From Candidatus Saccharimonadota bacterium (lineage in GTDB: Bacteria > Patescibacteriota > Saccharimonadia > Saccharimonadales > Saccharimonadaceae), in NCBI GenBank assembly GCA_009776375.1, contig WRNW01000001.1:34600-98599 (forward strand): a stretch of 64,000 nt of DNA, given 5' to 3'. Every line of letters begins with the position of its first letter. Position 1 is the stretch's first letter. Positions 33,805-43,271 of this stretch are shown one piece after another. A model generated the notes under the pieces. It did no database searches. It had not been told where the DNA came from and saw only the letters and a list, made by a program, of their open reading frames with translations. A program made the position numbers and the translations under genes.

Positions 33805-34858
33805 AAGTTTCACTCGGTTTATCGAGACGTAGCGGTTCAACCGTCGTGTCGCCACCAGCGATTTTGACAACGTCCTTATCAACTTTGGCGAATTCTTGGT
33901 GCGCGCTGTTAAAATGATTGACCGTGGTGCCCAAAGAACCGCCGAGCTTGGTCATGTATTCGCTATACTTGTCCAAGTGTTGACCCAATTTTTCGACACG
34001 TTTTTGGATTTCTTTGGCCTGCTCTTCGATCCTTAGACTGCGCAAACCCTGCATGACCGTTTGGAGATAAGCCAGCAAGGTCGTCGGACTAACGATGATG
34101 ACTTTTTTCTCATTAAAGGCATAATTAATGAGGTTTCGCGAACTGCCACCCTGGCCGACATCGCTGGCGATCACATCATAATAAAGCGCTTCGCTGGGAA
34201 TAAACATGAACGCAAACTCCATCGTGTTTTCGTTCGGGCGAATATATTTAGCAGTTTCATCGATCCGATTTTTGAGATCGCGTTTTAATTCTTGACCAGC
34301 CCGTTCGCGCTCGATTTTGTTCGGCGCTTCGATCATCCGATTGTAATTTTCGAGACTAAATTTAGAATCAATCGGCAGGATTTTACCATCTTTTAATTTG
34401 ACAATCGCGTCAACCGCTTCGCCATTTTTAAAATGATATTGTTTTTCCCAAATCCCTGGCGGCAAAACATTACCAAGCACATTCTCGAGATAATATTCGC
34501 CGAGACCCCCGCGTTGTTTGGCATTAGTTAGGACATTTTGAATAGTTTTTAATTCTTCGGCCACATCGATCACCCGTTTATTAGTATCATCTAATTTAGT
34601 CAAACGCGTCGAAATATCAGCGACGATTTTCGATGAATTACGCAGTTGCGCCGCCATCGAATCTTGCGTTTTATCGAGTTTTTCATCAAAAGTTTTACGC
34701 AAATTTTCCGACAATTCCGTAACATCGCGTCGCAGATTCGCTAAATCGTTTTGGAGAAATTTATCACCCTCGCTAGTTTTTGGTTTCCTTTGCACAAAAG
34801 TCAAAACAAGCAAGCCCAAAAGCACCGCGACCAGTAGAACAATCGTCACAATTTCCAT
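33803..34858 (-). CDS. rmuC: DNA recombination protein RmuC
   Basis: N-terminal TM helix, coiled coil, C-terminal FMFIPSEALY block. Start moved to ATG 34858, below the -10 box. Confidence 0.8.
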   Translation of the reverse strand: MEIVTIVLLVAVLLGLLVLTFVQRKPKTSEGDKFLQNDLANLRRDVTELSENLRKTFDEKLDKTQDSMAAQLRNSSKIVADISTRLTKLDDTNKRVIDVAEELKTIQNVLTNAKQRGGLGEYYLENVLGNVLPPGIWEKQYHFKNGEAVDAIVKLKDGKILPIDSKFSLENYNRMIEAPNKIERERAGQELKRDLKNRIDETAKYIRPNENTMEFAFMFIPSEALYYDVIASDVGQGGSSRNLINYAFNEKKVIIVSPTTLLAYLQTVMQGLRSLRIEEQAKEIQKRVEKLGQHLDKYSEYMTKLGGSLGTTVNHFNSAHQEFAKVDKDVVKIAGGDTTVEPLRLDKPSET

Positions 34859-34865
34859 GAAAACT

Positions 34866-34874
34866 ATTGTAGCA
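34866..34874 (-). promoter_or_regulatory. extended -10 TGCTACAAT, 7 nt from the rmuC ATG
   Basis: Read from sequence. Confidence 0.55.
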
Positions 34875-34880
34875 CAAGCG

Positions 34881-35426
34881 TCACGCGCGCACCACCAGCC
34901 AGAAAACGACAATTAGCGCCGCCATCAAAATCATCGCCAGGACGTAGCGTTTAATCGCGGCAATTAGCGCAAATAATAGGTAAAAACCAGTTGCAAAAAC
35001 CGCCGCCAGGATCGTCGCTACCACCGCGCCACGAACATTCAGCAGCGGCCAGAGAGCACCGACACTGACGAGAGCTGCCGTCGTGATCACCGCGGCACGA
35101 AAAACACGATTGGATGCTAAAATCGCCACTGCAATAATACCAACAACTACCAAACAAATAACAAACGAAGTCAGCCCAGCGTTCGCACAAACACTCGCCG
35201 TGTCGGGCGTTCGACAAAACAACGGTTTCATCGCCCACTCTTCAAAGGCCAATCGTCCCAACCACACCGCTATCCCGCTCAGGAATCCAACCACAACTAG
35301 GCGCAAGACTTCGCGCTTGGGCAGGGTTCGCGTCGCTCGTGGTTTTTCCACTTCGACGGTCGAAAAGTCAAAATCTTTCCACTCGTCAGAGGACGTATCA
35401 CTACCTGAAACCATCGTTTCACTCAT
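34881..35426 (-). CDS. polytopic membrane protein, unknown function
   Basis: Four hydrophobic helices after an acidic N-terminus. Confidence 0.5.
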   Translation of the reverse strand: MSETMVSGSDTSSDEWKDFDFSTVEVEKPRATRTLPKREVLRLVVVGFLSGIAVWLGRLAFEEWAMKPLFCRTPDTASVCANAGLTSFVICLVVVGIIAVAILASNRVFRAAVITTAALVSVGALWPLLNVRGAVVATILAAVFATGFYLLFALIAAIKRYVLAMILMAALIVVFWLVVRA

Positions 35427-35435
35427 AATGATCGT

Positions 35436-35444
35436 ATCTTAGCA
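35436..35444 (-). promoter_or_regulatory. extended -10 TGCTAAGAT, 9 nt from ATG 35426
   Basis: Read from sequence. Confidence 0.4.
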
Positions 35445-35456
35445 TAGATTTGACTT

Positions 35457-36386
35457 TTACGCAATAGTCGCCAGGTATTCGCGAATCGCTAGGGCGGCGG
35501 TTGTGCCTTCGCCACAGGCTGAGGTGACCTGTTTGGTGGCGCCCGAGCGGACGTCACCGCTGGCGAAGATGCCAGGGATGTTGGTCATTAAATTCTCGTC
35601 CGTGATAATATGACCCGCGCTATCCAACTTAATTCCCGAACCTGACAGAAAACCAGTATTCGGCACCACACCGATAAAAACGAAGACGCCGTCGGTCTTG
35701 AGCTCCTGTTGTTTATCTGGCGCAGTGGTAGCATGCATTTTGACGGCAGTTATCTGGCCATTGGTTGTTATGATCTCATCCGATGTCCAGTTTTCGTGGA
35801 CAGTGATTTGCTTATTCTTCACAAATTGCGCTAAATCTTTTTGCAATATTTCCGAAGCTTCGATACCAACGCGTGCAACCAAGTCAATATGGGTAGCGAA
35901 TTTGGTCAAGAAGATAGCTTCTTGAACAGCCGAATTGCCGCCGCCAATGACGACCAGTTTTTTATCCCGATAAAAAGCGCCGTCACAAGTCGCACAATAA
36001 TGAGCGTGTCCGGCTTCGCCAGGAATCCCCAGTTTACGATGATCGCTACCCGAAGCAATCAGAACGGTACGCGATTGAAATTCACCGACGTCAGTTTTGA
36101 TGAGGAAAGTTCCTTTGGTTTTCTTGATTTCTCGCACTGCGGCTAGTTCGATTTTGGCACCAAACTTTTCGGCTTGAGCCTGGAAATCCATGGCCAAAGT
36201 TAAACCTTCGATACCCTCGGGGAAACCCGGATAGTTTTCGATTTTATCAATCGTCGCCAGCAAACCACCGATCACACCTTTTTCAATTAAAACCGTATCG
36301 ATGTTTTCGCGCGTCGCGTAAATTGCCGCCGTCAGAGCGCTCGGTCCAGCGCCGACAATCACTAAATCATGAATTGGTTTAGTCAT
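35457..36386 (-). CDS. trxB: thioredoxin-disulfide reductase
   Basis: GAGPSALTAAIY, CATCDG, GGGNSAVQEA. Confidence 0.95.
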   Translation of the reverse strand: MTKPIHDLVIVGAGPSALTAAIYATRENIDTVLIEKGVIGGLLATIDKIENYPGFPEGIEGLTLAMDFQAQAEKFGAKIELAAVREIKKTKGTFLIKTDVGEFQSRTVLIASGSDHRKLGIPGEAGHAHYCATCDGAFYRDKKLVVIGGGNSAVQEAIFLTKFATHIDLVARVGIEASEILQKDLAQFVKNKQITVHENWTSDEIITTNGQITAVKMHATTAPDKQQELKTDGVFVFIGVVPNTGFLSGSGIKLDSAGHIITDENLMTNIPGIFASGDVRSGATKQVTSACGEGTTAALAIREYLATIA

Positions 36387-38113
36387 TTTTTCTCCTTTTC
36401 TTCTGCCATTAATTCTGTATAAGCCACTTTGCCAATTTTGGTTTTTGGCAAAGTTTTTCTAAATTCAATCGATCGTGGCCATTTGTATTTGGCCAAATCA
36501 CTGTGACACTGTTTCATGATTTTTTCGCGGATTCGATCACTAGGTTTGACGCCGTTTTGCAACACCACGAAAGCTTTGGCGATTTGTCCACGATATTTAT
36601 CATCGACGCCAACCACTGTTGCGAGCAAAACTTCTGGTACATTCATAATCGCAGCTTCGACTTCGTTGGGATAAATGTTGTAACCGCTGCTAATAATCAA
36701 GCGTTTGATCCGACCGCTAAAGTAAATATACCCGTCCTTGTCCATGTACCCCATATCGCCAGTGTGCAACCAAATCCGACCGTCAGGATGAACCTGGAGC
36801 GTTTCGTTGGTTTCTTTTTCGTTGTTGACGTAACCTTTCATGACGGTCGGACCGCTAACCACAATTTCGCCAATTTCATTGTAGGGTTTCTCGATATGCG
36901 TGTTTGGTTCAACAATTTTGAAAAAGTTGTTTGGCCACGGCAGCCCAATCGACTCGTCGCGATTCGCATCGAACAGATTGACACAGACTACCGATAGACA
37001 TTCGGTTAGGCCGTAACCCTGCAGTAGAACATTAGTTTCCGCACCGCGCTCGGTTAAGAAACGATCGACTGCTTTCTTGAGCGGCAGCATCGCGTTATCG
37101 CCACCCGAAACCGCCGCTTTGATAAACGATAGATCCATTTTGCGAATTTTCTTGTTCTTGATCATCGCTTCATACAGTGTTGGTACACCCACTAGCAGAT
37201 TTGGTTTACCATCAGCCAGAATTTTGTCAAAACGCTTAGCGTCAAATTTCGGCAACATGTTGATGGTCATACCATTGGCCAGCATTGTGTGGACACCGAC
37301 ACCGAGGCCGAAACCGTGGAAAATCGGCATGACGCCGAGAATTCTGTTACCCGGCGTGACTAATTCCGGAAAACTATTACACGCCTGCAGGGCCGTCGCA
37401 TTAAACGCCAGATTGGTCAGAGCGATACCTTTGCTAGTACCGGTCGTGCCGCCACTATAGAGCACCACCGCGACGTCTTCGCCGGACATTTTCTCATAAG
37501 CCTCGTTGACCACATATTGTCCACGACCCAAGAAAGTTTCCCAACTCATCGCGTGTTTGTTTTTGAGCAGAATCTGACTCAGAGTTTTCCGTAGTTCTTT
37601 GGGTTTCAATAATTTATAACCTAGATAAGTAAACAGCGGCAATGAATCAGCCGGCGAAATAATGATCGTTTGTTGGACTTCGGTATCGGCCAGAATTGGT
37701 TTAACGTTTGGCCAAGCAATATCAATCGCCACAAAGATTTTACTACCGACCAGGTTCAGATAATCGCGAATTTCATTCGGCGCACTAAGAGGGTGAAACA
37801 CATTCGCCACTGCGCCGATTTTGTTAATCGCGTAAATCGCCACAACGGCTTCGGGCACGTTCGGCGAACAGACGCTGATGACATCACCTTTTTTGGCACC
37901 GAGCGACATGAAGGCTTGTGCCGCATGATCGATCTCAGCCAGCAGTGTGCCATAATTGATCTTGTTGCCAAAATAATCGATGGCGATTTCGTCAGTGTTT
38001 TTTTCGGCGCTGCTGCGGACTTCGTCGTACATCGATCCGTTTGGAAACTTTAACGACTTTTTGTGCGTACGACCATATTGTTTGAGCCACGGCGCATTAA
38101 CTTTTGCCGCCAT
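36383..38113 (-). CDS. AMP-dependent acyl-CoA synthetase/ligase
   Basis: LYSGGTTGTSKG and GYGLTE. Confidence 0.85.
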   Translation of the reverse strand: MAAKVNAPWLKQYGRTHKKSLKFPNGSMYDEVRSSAEKNTDEIAIDYFGNKINYGTLLAEIDHAAQAFMSLGAKKGDVISVCSPNVPEAVVAIYAINKIGAVANVFHPLSAPNEIRDYLNLVGSKIFVAIDIAWPNVKPILADTEVQQTIIISPADSLPLFTYLGYKLLKPKELRKTLSQILLKNKHAMSWETFLGRGQYVVNEAYEKMSGEDVAVVLYSGGTTGTSKGIALTNLAFNATALQACNSFPELVTPGNRILGVMPIFHGFGLGVGVHTMLANGMTINMLPKFDAKRFDKILADGKPNLLVGVPTLYEAMIKNKKIRKMDLSFIKAAVSGGDNAMLPLKKAVDRFLTERGAETNVLLQGYGLTECLSVVCVNLFDANRDESIGLPWPNNFFKIVEPNTHIEKPYNEIGEIVVSGPTVMKGYVNNEKETNETLQVHPDGRIWLHTGDMGYMDKDGYIYFSGRIKRLIISSGYNIYPNEVEAAIMNVPEVLLATVVGVDDKYRGQIAKAFVVLQNGVKPSDRIREKIMKQCHSDLAKYKWPRSIEFRKTLPKTKIGKVAYTELMAEEKEKK

Positions 38114-38116
38114 TAC

Positions 38117-38785
38117 CTACATCCCTTCCTTAGTTTTCTCTCGCATACTATTGATAGTATACCACAATTTTTCGTTAGCGTTTTTTAAATCATTCGCATC
38201 AACCATCACCGGTTTACCATAAGTAATCGACAATTTTTTACGAAATGGTAAGTACCGACCAACAATCACCACTGGCACAATCGGCACTCTGGCACGTCCA
38301 GCCATCGCCACTGCACCAAATTTGAACGGCGCTAGTTCTGCTTTTCGATTGGTATGACCCTCGGGCGCGATGGCGATGATACCACCCTGTTTTAGAACCT
38401 GGATAGCCAGGTTGAGCGCTGTCGAGTTGCGTCGCGCCCGATCAACTGGGATGATTCCCCAACTCTTGAGGATTTTGCCTTTCCAGCCACGCGCTAGTTC
38501 AACCTTGGCCAGAAAAAACAGTTTGCGCCGCGCGGCGACTGTCACGATTGCCGGATCGAGGCTACAAATATGATTAAAAGCCAGCACCATGCCACCTTCT
38601 CGCGGTAAATTCTCGCGCCCGTAGACTTTTGCTGGAAAAATAATCCGCACTAGCCCAGAGACCGGCCAAAATATCACTCGATAAATCAGCCCATGCCGCG
38701 GCCGAAACGACAGCTCATTTTCTTCGTCGAGTAGCGGCAATCCAGTTTTTGGATTAATTTTCTCAGAGTTAATTTTCTTGGACAT
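38117..38785 (-). CDS. plsC: 1-acyl-sn-glycerol-3-phosphate acyltransferase
   Basis: NHICSLDP (HX4D) and IAPEGHT. Confidence 0.8.
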   Translation of the reverse strand: MSKKINSEKINPKTGLPLLDEENELSFRPRHGLIYRVIFWPVSGLVRIIFPAKVYGRENLPREGGMVLAFNHICSLDPAIVTVAARRKLFFLAKVELARGWKGKILKSWGIIPVDRARRNSTALNLAIQVLKQGGIIAIAPEGHTNRKAELAPFKFGAVAMAGRARVPIVPVVIVGRYLPFRKKLSITYGKPVMVDANDLKNANEKLWYTINSMREKTKEGM

Positions 38786-38793
38786 CGTCTTTT

Positions 38794-38802
38794 ATTTTAA
38801 CA
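38794..38802 (-). promoter_or_regulatory. extended -10 TGTTAAAAT, 8 nt from the plsC ATG
   Basis: Read from sequence. Confidence 0.5.
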
Positions 38803-38843
38803 CGAAAAAGTGAACTTTTTATGCTTACTAGGCTAGGCAATCA

Positions 38844-39581
38844 TTATTTTTCTGTCAGCGACGACATTAACTCGAGCAATGCGGCCTGTTCACTGGATGA
38901 AAGACTCGACCACGGATTTAGTGAGAGAAAGGCGATATCATCATCAATCACCCAGTCGGACAGTGACTCTTGACATGAAATCGTTTTGCTCGTGGAACCT
39001 GACGCAAACTCTATGCGGCTAACATAAATTATGCCAGATGGAGCTGGTGTCCCAGGGTCCAGCCACGGATAGGCATATTTCGACTGCTGTATAATCGCTA
39101 GACCATTTTTGGTGGTGCCGAGTTTGGTAATTGTTGTTGGTGGCTCAGCGTCTGGGCACCAATCACCGAGACTGTCAAAAGGACCTACTAATCTGGCGCC
39201 AATAGTCGGGTTAGCTTGCAGACGAAATTCTACAGCTTCGGGACGGCCCGCAGTACTGCCCGTATTATCGGCAAACGTTTTACGTTCCGTTGTCCAAATA
39301 GCATCCGAAAACGCCACGGAAAATTTACCGAGGACTTCTTCGTTTGTTGTGCTGTTGGTTTGGTTTCCGTTTTGGCTATTACTGTTTTGGTTGTTGTTGG
39401 TTGGATTGTTTGTAGCGTTATTATCAGAATCACGGGTAACCAACGCGTAGACCAGCGCTCCACCGAGCAGAATAGCCAGCACGATTAAAATCACGGCAAA
39501 CATTTGCAGTTTTTTAACTTTGGCGTTTGGTGGTTCAGTCTGTTGATTTTGGACAGGCGTATGAGATGCTGTCTCATCCAT
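38844..39581 (-). CDS. membrane-anchored exported protein with Asn/Gln-rich linker
   Basis: TM helix MFAVILIVLAILLGGALVYALV followed by an N/Q/T-rich run; AAGGAGG RBS. Confidence 0.5.
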   Translation of the reverse strand: MDETASHTPVQNQQTEPPNAKVKKLQMFAVILIVLAILLGGALVYALVTRDSDNNATNNPTNNNQNSNSQNGNQTNSTTNEEVLGKFSVAFSDAIWTTERKTFADNTGSTAGRPEAVEFRLQANPTIGARLVGPFDSLGDWCPDAEPPTTITKLGTTKNGLAIIQQSKYAYPWLDPGTPAPSGIIYVSRIEFASGSTSKTISCQESLSDWVIDDDIAFLSLNPWSSLSSSEQAALLELMSSLTEK

Positions 39582-39610
39582 TTTGCTACCTCCTTAGCTT
39601 ATATTGACCT

Positions 39611-39684
39611 TGGCTGGGGCGGTAGGATTTGAACCCACGATCACGGGACCAGAACCCGTTGCCTTACCACTTGGCTACGCCCCA
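39611..39684 (-). tRNA. tRNA-Gln (anticodon CUG)
   Basis: 74-nt cloverleaf folded by hand: acceptor TGGGGCG/CGCCCCA, anticodon loop TTCTGGT, T-loop TTCAAAT, encoded CCA. Confidence 0.9.
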
Positions 39685-39695
39685 ACACTCTAGCC

Positions 39696-39704
39696 ATTGT
39701 ACCA
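39696..39704 (-). promoter_or_regulatory. extended -10 TGGTACAAT, 11 nt upstream of tRNA-Gln
   Basis: Read from sequence. Confidence 0.55.
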
Positions 39705-39722
39705 CGATGAAAGAGTTTGGAG

Positions 39723-40229
39723 CTATTTTTTCTTGGTCATTTTTGCCCGCGGTTTGAGGCCAGTGGCGTCATACCAAATTTTCTCGATATTTAATTGTTG
39801 GACGGTATAAAAGTTAAAGGCCAACCAGACGACATTGAGCGCCAGCAGCCACCAATCAATTTTGATACAGCCAATGATGCCGAACTGCGCCACATTGACA
39901 TCGGGTCCGCCGATCGACCAAACCATTACGAGTACCCAGACCCAAGGCGCGATTACTGCTGCGACACCACTGAGGATGCCCGCGAGATAGCTGAGTTTTC
40001 GACGCAACAGAAATGGTAGCGCCGCGAGCTCGGTCACCACCGCGATGACCGCCACTGCGATCGCCCAACCGTCATGGCCGTCAAACTGGGTGCTGAGACT
40101 CGATAAAACTTTGCTAAAACCGATTAGTTGCAAGCCGAACACCACAAACAAGATGCCAGCCGCCACTAGACCGAGGATTGGTGCGTTTTTCGATAGTGGT
40201 TTGGGCGCTGGGTGGGCAATAATTTTCAT
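39723..40229 (-). CDS. four-TM membrane protein (DoxX/MauE-like size, unassigned)
   Basis: Hydrophobic helices throughout; AAGGAGG RBS. Confidence 0.45.
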   Translation of the reverse strand: MKIIAHPAPKPLSKNAPILGLVAAGILFVVFGLQLIGFSKVLSSLSTQFDGHDGWAIAVAVIAVVTELAALPFLLRRKLSYLAGILSGVAAVIAPWVWVLVMVWSIGGPDVNVAQFGIIGCIKIDWWLLALNVVWLAFNFYTVQQLNIEKIWYDATGLKPRAKMTKKK

Positions 40230-40257
40230 TGAAACCTCCTTAGATTTTGTTAATTTT

Positions 40258-40266
40258 ATTGTAGCA
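40258..40266 (-). promoter_or_regulatory. extended -10 TGCTACAAT for gene 39723-40229
   Basis: Leader with AAGGAGG. Confidence 0.5.
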
Positions 40267-40324
40267 TAACCGTCATGATTTTAAAAACGTGGTAAGGGAT
40301 TCGCGCAAACTGTGGAAAAAGGGC

Positions 40325-40353
40325 TTGCGTTTGGTTAATGTTCATGGTAACAT
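40325..40353 (+). promoter_or_regulatory. promoter TTGCGT-17-TGGTAACAT for the candidate sRNA
   Basis: -35 at 40325-40330 and -10 at 40348-40353. Confidence 0.4.
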
Positions 40354-40359
40354 GACTCT

Positions 40360-40467
40360 GAACAAAGGTTCAAACAAAAACTTTTAAACAAGCGCTTGGG
40401 CGAAATTTTGTTCAATGTCTCCACCACACACCTCTTTTAAGCCCCGGTCTCTGCCGGGGCTGTTTTG
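40360..40467 (+). ncRNA. candidate ~105-nt intergenic small RNA
   Basis: Bounded by the promoter at 40325-40353 and the GCCCCGG/CCGGGGC hairpin plus TGTTTTG. No plausible ORF. Contains CACACCTCTTTT. Confidence 0.35.
40441..40467. terminator. hairpin terminator (trmD side and candidate sRNA side)
   Basis: GCCCCGG-TCTCTG-CCGGGGC followed by TGTTTTG. Confidence 0.6.
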
Positions 40468-41112
40468 CTAATTTGAGTGTTCTTGGCGCCATTTGGCGAT
40501 CGCGGCGTGATTGCCAGAGAGCAGCAATTCTGGAACCATGAGATCGCGGAAATTTTCCGGTCGAGTATATTGTGGATATTCGAGATTTTTCCCATCGCTG
40601 TAACTTTCGATTTCGGCCGAAGTTTCACCACCCAACACGCCCGGAATTAGGCGGACGATTGAATCAACAATTGTCATCGCTGGCAGCTCACCCCCCGTTA
40701 GAACATATTGACCCACGGAGATTTTTTCATCGATAAATTGGTCGATGCGAGCGTCAAAACCTTCGTAGCGACCACAGACGAGAATCAGATCATTGTCGGT
40801 TTGGGCAAAATTGGCTGCTTGTTCTTGTGACCAGAGATTATCACACGGTGTCATCAGCAGCACCCTAGCATCGGGCATTGATTTCTTGGCGTGTTCAATC
40901 GCTGCGACTAGTGGTTCGATGCGTAGCAGCATCCCGTCGCCACCGCCGTAGACTGTATCGTCAACGGTTTTTCTGGGGCCGATGCCAAAATCGCGTAGGT
41001 TGATGATTTCGAATTTCACTAAATTATCTTTTTGGGCTTTCCAGAGCATCGACGAATTCAGATACGATTCGACCACCTCTGGAAATAACGTAATTACTTG
41101 AAATCTTTTCAC
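40468..41112 (-). CDS. trmD: tRNA (guanine37-N1)-methyltransferase
   Basis: VITLFPE and DDTVYGGGDGMLL; GTG start. Confidence 0.9.
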   Translation of the reverse strand: MKRFQVITLFPEVVESYLNSSMLWKAQKDNLVKFEIINLRDFGIGPRKTVDDTVYGGGDGMLLRIEPLVAAIEHAKKSMPDARVLLMTPCDNLWSQEQAANFAQTDNDLILVCGRYEGFDARIDQFIDEKISVGQYVLTGGELPAMTIVDSIVRLIPGVLGGETSAEIESYSDGKNLEYPQYTRPENFRDLMVPELLLSGNHAAIAKWRQEHSN

Positions 41113-41118
41113 TTTTCT

Positions 41119-41127
41119 ATTCTAGCA
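41119..41127 (-). promoter_or_regulatory. extended -10 TGCTAGAAT, 6 nt from the trmD GTG
   Basis: Read from sequence. Confidence 0.5.
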
Positions 41128-41132
41128 CAATT

Positions 41133-41163
41133 AAAAATTCCCCATCGAACGACAGGGATTTTT
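41133..41163. terminator. bidirectional-type terminator after the KH-domain gene
   Basis: AAAAA, TCCCCATCG..CGACAGGGA, TTTTT. Confidence 0.6.
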
Positions 41164-41215
41164 AACACGCATAAGTCTCGCATCGTGTGTTAGTTCTCGC
41201 ATGAACTGACGGACA

Positions 41216-41671
41216 TTATATATCAAGATCATCCAAATCCGCAAGCTCTTCGCGAGTTCTTTGCGCAAAATCGCTCATCTTTTCCACAGGTTCGGTGTTG
41301 ATTTTATCCACAATCTCGACTTTGTCAGTAGTTTCTGTCACGATGTTGTCGACTATTGGCGCGGTTTTGATCGGTGCTGCAGTGTCGATCGGTGTTACAG
41401 TGGCGATTTCTTCGCGCTCGGATTCTGGTTTATCGACATCAATAATTTTCAAGTTGTAATGTTCGTCGTTTTTGGTGCCGAGCGCGCGCAATAGGTTTCG
41501 CAGGCTCTGCGCCGTCGCACCGTGTTTACCAATGACGCGGCCTAAATCCTCTGGCGCCACCGTGAGCTTAAGCAAAATCCCGCGTTCGTCAACGACCCGT
41601 TCGACCTTGACCGCCTCTGGTTTGTCGACTAATTGTTTGACAACATATTCGATGAATTGTTGTTCGATCAT
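41216..41671 (-). CDS. KH-domain RNA-binding protein (UPF0109/YlqC-like) with acidic C-terminal extension
   Basis: LGRVIGKHGATAQSLRNLL; lies between rpsP and trmD as in other bacteria. Confidence 0.8.
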   Translation of the reverse strand: MIEQQFIEYVVKQLVDKPEAVKVERVVDERGILLKLTVAPEDLGRVIGKHGATAQSLRNLLRALGTKNDEHYNLKIIDVDKPESEREEIATVTPIDTAAPIKTAPIVDNIVTETTDKVEIVDKINTEPVEKMSDFAQRTREELADLDDLDI

Positions 41672-41715
41672 TTCTCCCCTTTCTCAGCCTCATGCTGAAT
41701 TAACTGCTAATGCTA

Positions 41716-41724
41716 ATTTTAGCA
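41716..41724 (-). promoter_or_regulatory. extended -10 TGCTAAAAT for the KH-domain gene
   Basis: Leader with GAAAGGGGAG. Confidence 0.5.
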
Positions 41725-41908
41725 AAAATCACCACTGTGTGCAAATATAAGGATTGTTTCACCTGCTCACTCGACTAATTTCCGCGACAAAAAGTTCGCT
41801 TCTAAAATTTCCGAATCACACTCCATGTATTCGTGCTATCGAAAATTTTAATAAAGGAAACTTTTTCGGGAAATTAGAGAGATCGCAGAGCGAAACAGTC
41901 CTTATGTC

Positions 41909-42397
41909 TTAACTCTCTGTTGACTCTTTAGCTTTTTCTTTGACTGGTTCGGAAGCTTCGGTAGATTTCTCAACACTTGTTTCAACAGGTTCCTCAATCG
42001 GTGCTTCCGCCGCTTCGGCTGGCGTCTCTGCCACCTCAGCCGGTTCTTCTGGCACAACCTCCTTAACAGCGGCCACCTCAGCCGGACGGTTTTTGCGAAG
42101 TTTATCCGGATGGCGCGTGGTGCGAGTTTTTTTGAGATTCGGTTCCCGGACCCAGTTCGGTAATTTAATTTTGGCATCTTTTAAAAGTTTAATCACCCGC
42201 GGACTGGGTTGTGCGCCGTGGCTCAGGTATTTTTCGATCTGTTCCTGATCTAGATTAACGGTTTTTGTGTGTGGATTATAATTGCCGACATAGGCAATCA
42301 CCTTGCCGCTGGACGGATGTTTGGCGGCCTCTTGGACCACCACACGATAGGTGGTAAAATGCGTTTTGCCATAACGCTTTAGACGAATTACTAGCAT
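41909..42397 (-). CDS. rpsP: 30S ribosomal protein S16 with Glu/Ala/Pro-rich C-terminal extension
   Basis: MLVIRLKRYGKTHFTTYRVVV. Confidence 0.9.
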   Translation of the reverse strand: MLVIRLKRYGKTHFTTYRVVVQEAAKHPSSGKVIAYVGNYNPHTKTVNLDQEQIEKYLSHGAQPSPRVIKLLKDAKIKLPNWVREPNLKKTRTTRHPDKLRKNRPAEVAAVKEVVPEEPAEVAETPAEAAEAPIEEPVETSVEKSTEASEPVKEKAKESTES

Positions 42398-42425
42398 TCA
42401 ATATCCTCTCAAATTTAAACTTAAT

Positions 42426-43271
42426 TTATGACGGTTTACCGCGCATTGTAGCAGATGTGTTTAATTTTTGCAACTTGGGATTTTTCTGGCGATAGGTTAG
42501 CAGCGCCTGGCGGGCGGCGTTTTGTTGGGCGATTTGTTTGCTCGAACCATCACCACGACCGATTTCCTGGCCGCGGACAAACACACCGACCACAAACATT
42601 TTGTCGTGATCAGGACCTTCTTCGCTAAGCACGCGGTAATCTGGTGTTTCGTTATCGACACGTTGACTGATTTCCTGGAGGTGGGATTTTGGATCACGCC
42701 AACTGCCGTTTTCCAAAATATCGTCAATCTGGTTTAGGATATGAGTATCGATAAAAGTTTTCGCGATGTCGTAACCTTGATCGAGATAAATCGCGCCGAT
42801 TAGTGCTTCAAAAGCATTGGCGACGATGTGCAATTTGGCGGCTTCTGAGCCTTGCTTTTCGCCACGCGACATGCGAATCAAAGATTGATAGTTCAAATTC
42901 GCGCCCGCTGCGGCGATGCTTTCCGTCCGCACCAAGGCCGACCGCCACGAAGTTAAGATGCCTTCTGGCTGTTCAAAATTATTGAACAAAAATTCGGTGG
43001 TAGCCATTTCCAAAACTGCGTCACCGAGGAATTCCAAGCGTTCGTTGTGAGTTTTGGTCGATTTCTTATGCTCATTGACATAACTGCGATGAGTCAGCGC
43101 GGTGACTAGTAGCGACGGATTTTTGAATTCAAAACCTAAGCGGTTTTTTGCAAACTCTTGGTATGGCGTAAAGTCAATGCCGGTGATCGACGGCACAGCC
43201 GGCAACTCTGAGGATCGACGTTCAAAATTTGCCAGCAGTGCTTTTTTTTGACGGGGATTTTTCGGCATCAA
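42426..43271 (-). CDS. rnc: ribonuclease III
   Basis: ERLEFLGDAVLE signature and a C-terminal dsRBD. Confidence 0.9.
   Translation of the reverse strand: MMPKNPRQKKALLANFERRSSELPAVPSITGIDFTPYQEFAKNRLGFEFKNPSLLVTALTHRSYVNEHKKSTKTHNERLEFLGDAVLEMATTEFLFNNFEQPEGILTSWRSALVRTESIAAAGANLNYQSLIRMSRGEKQGSEAAKLHIVANAFEALIGAIYLDQGYDIAKTFIDTHILNQIDDILENGSWRDPKSHLQEISQRVDNETPDYRVLSEEGPDHDKMFVVGVFVRGQEIGRGDGSSKQIAQQNAARQALLTYRQKNPKLQKLNTSATMRGKPS
42445..42453 (-). promoter_or_regulatory. extended -10 TGCTACAAT for rpsP, embedded in the rnc 3' end
   Basis: Read from sequence. Confidence 0.45.
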
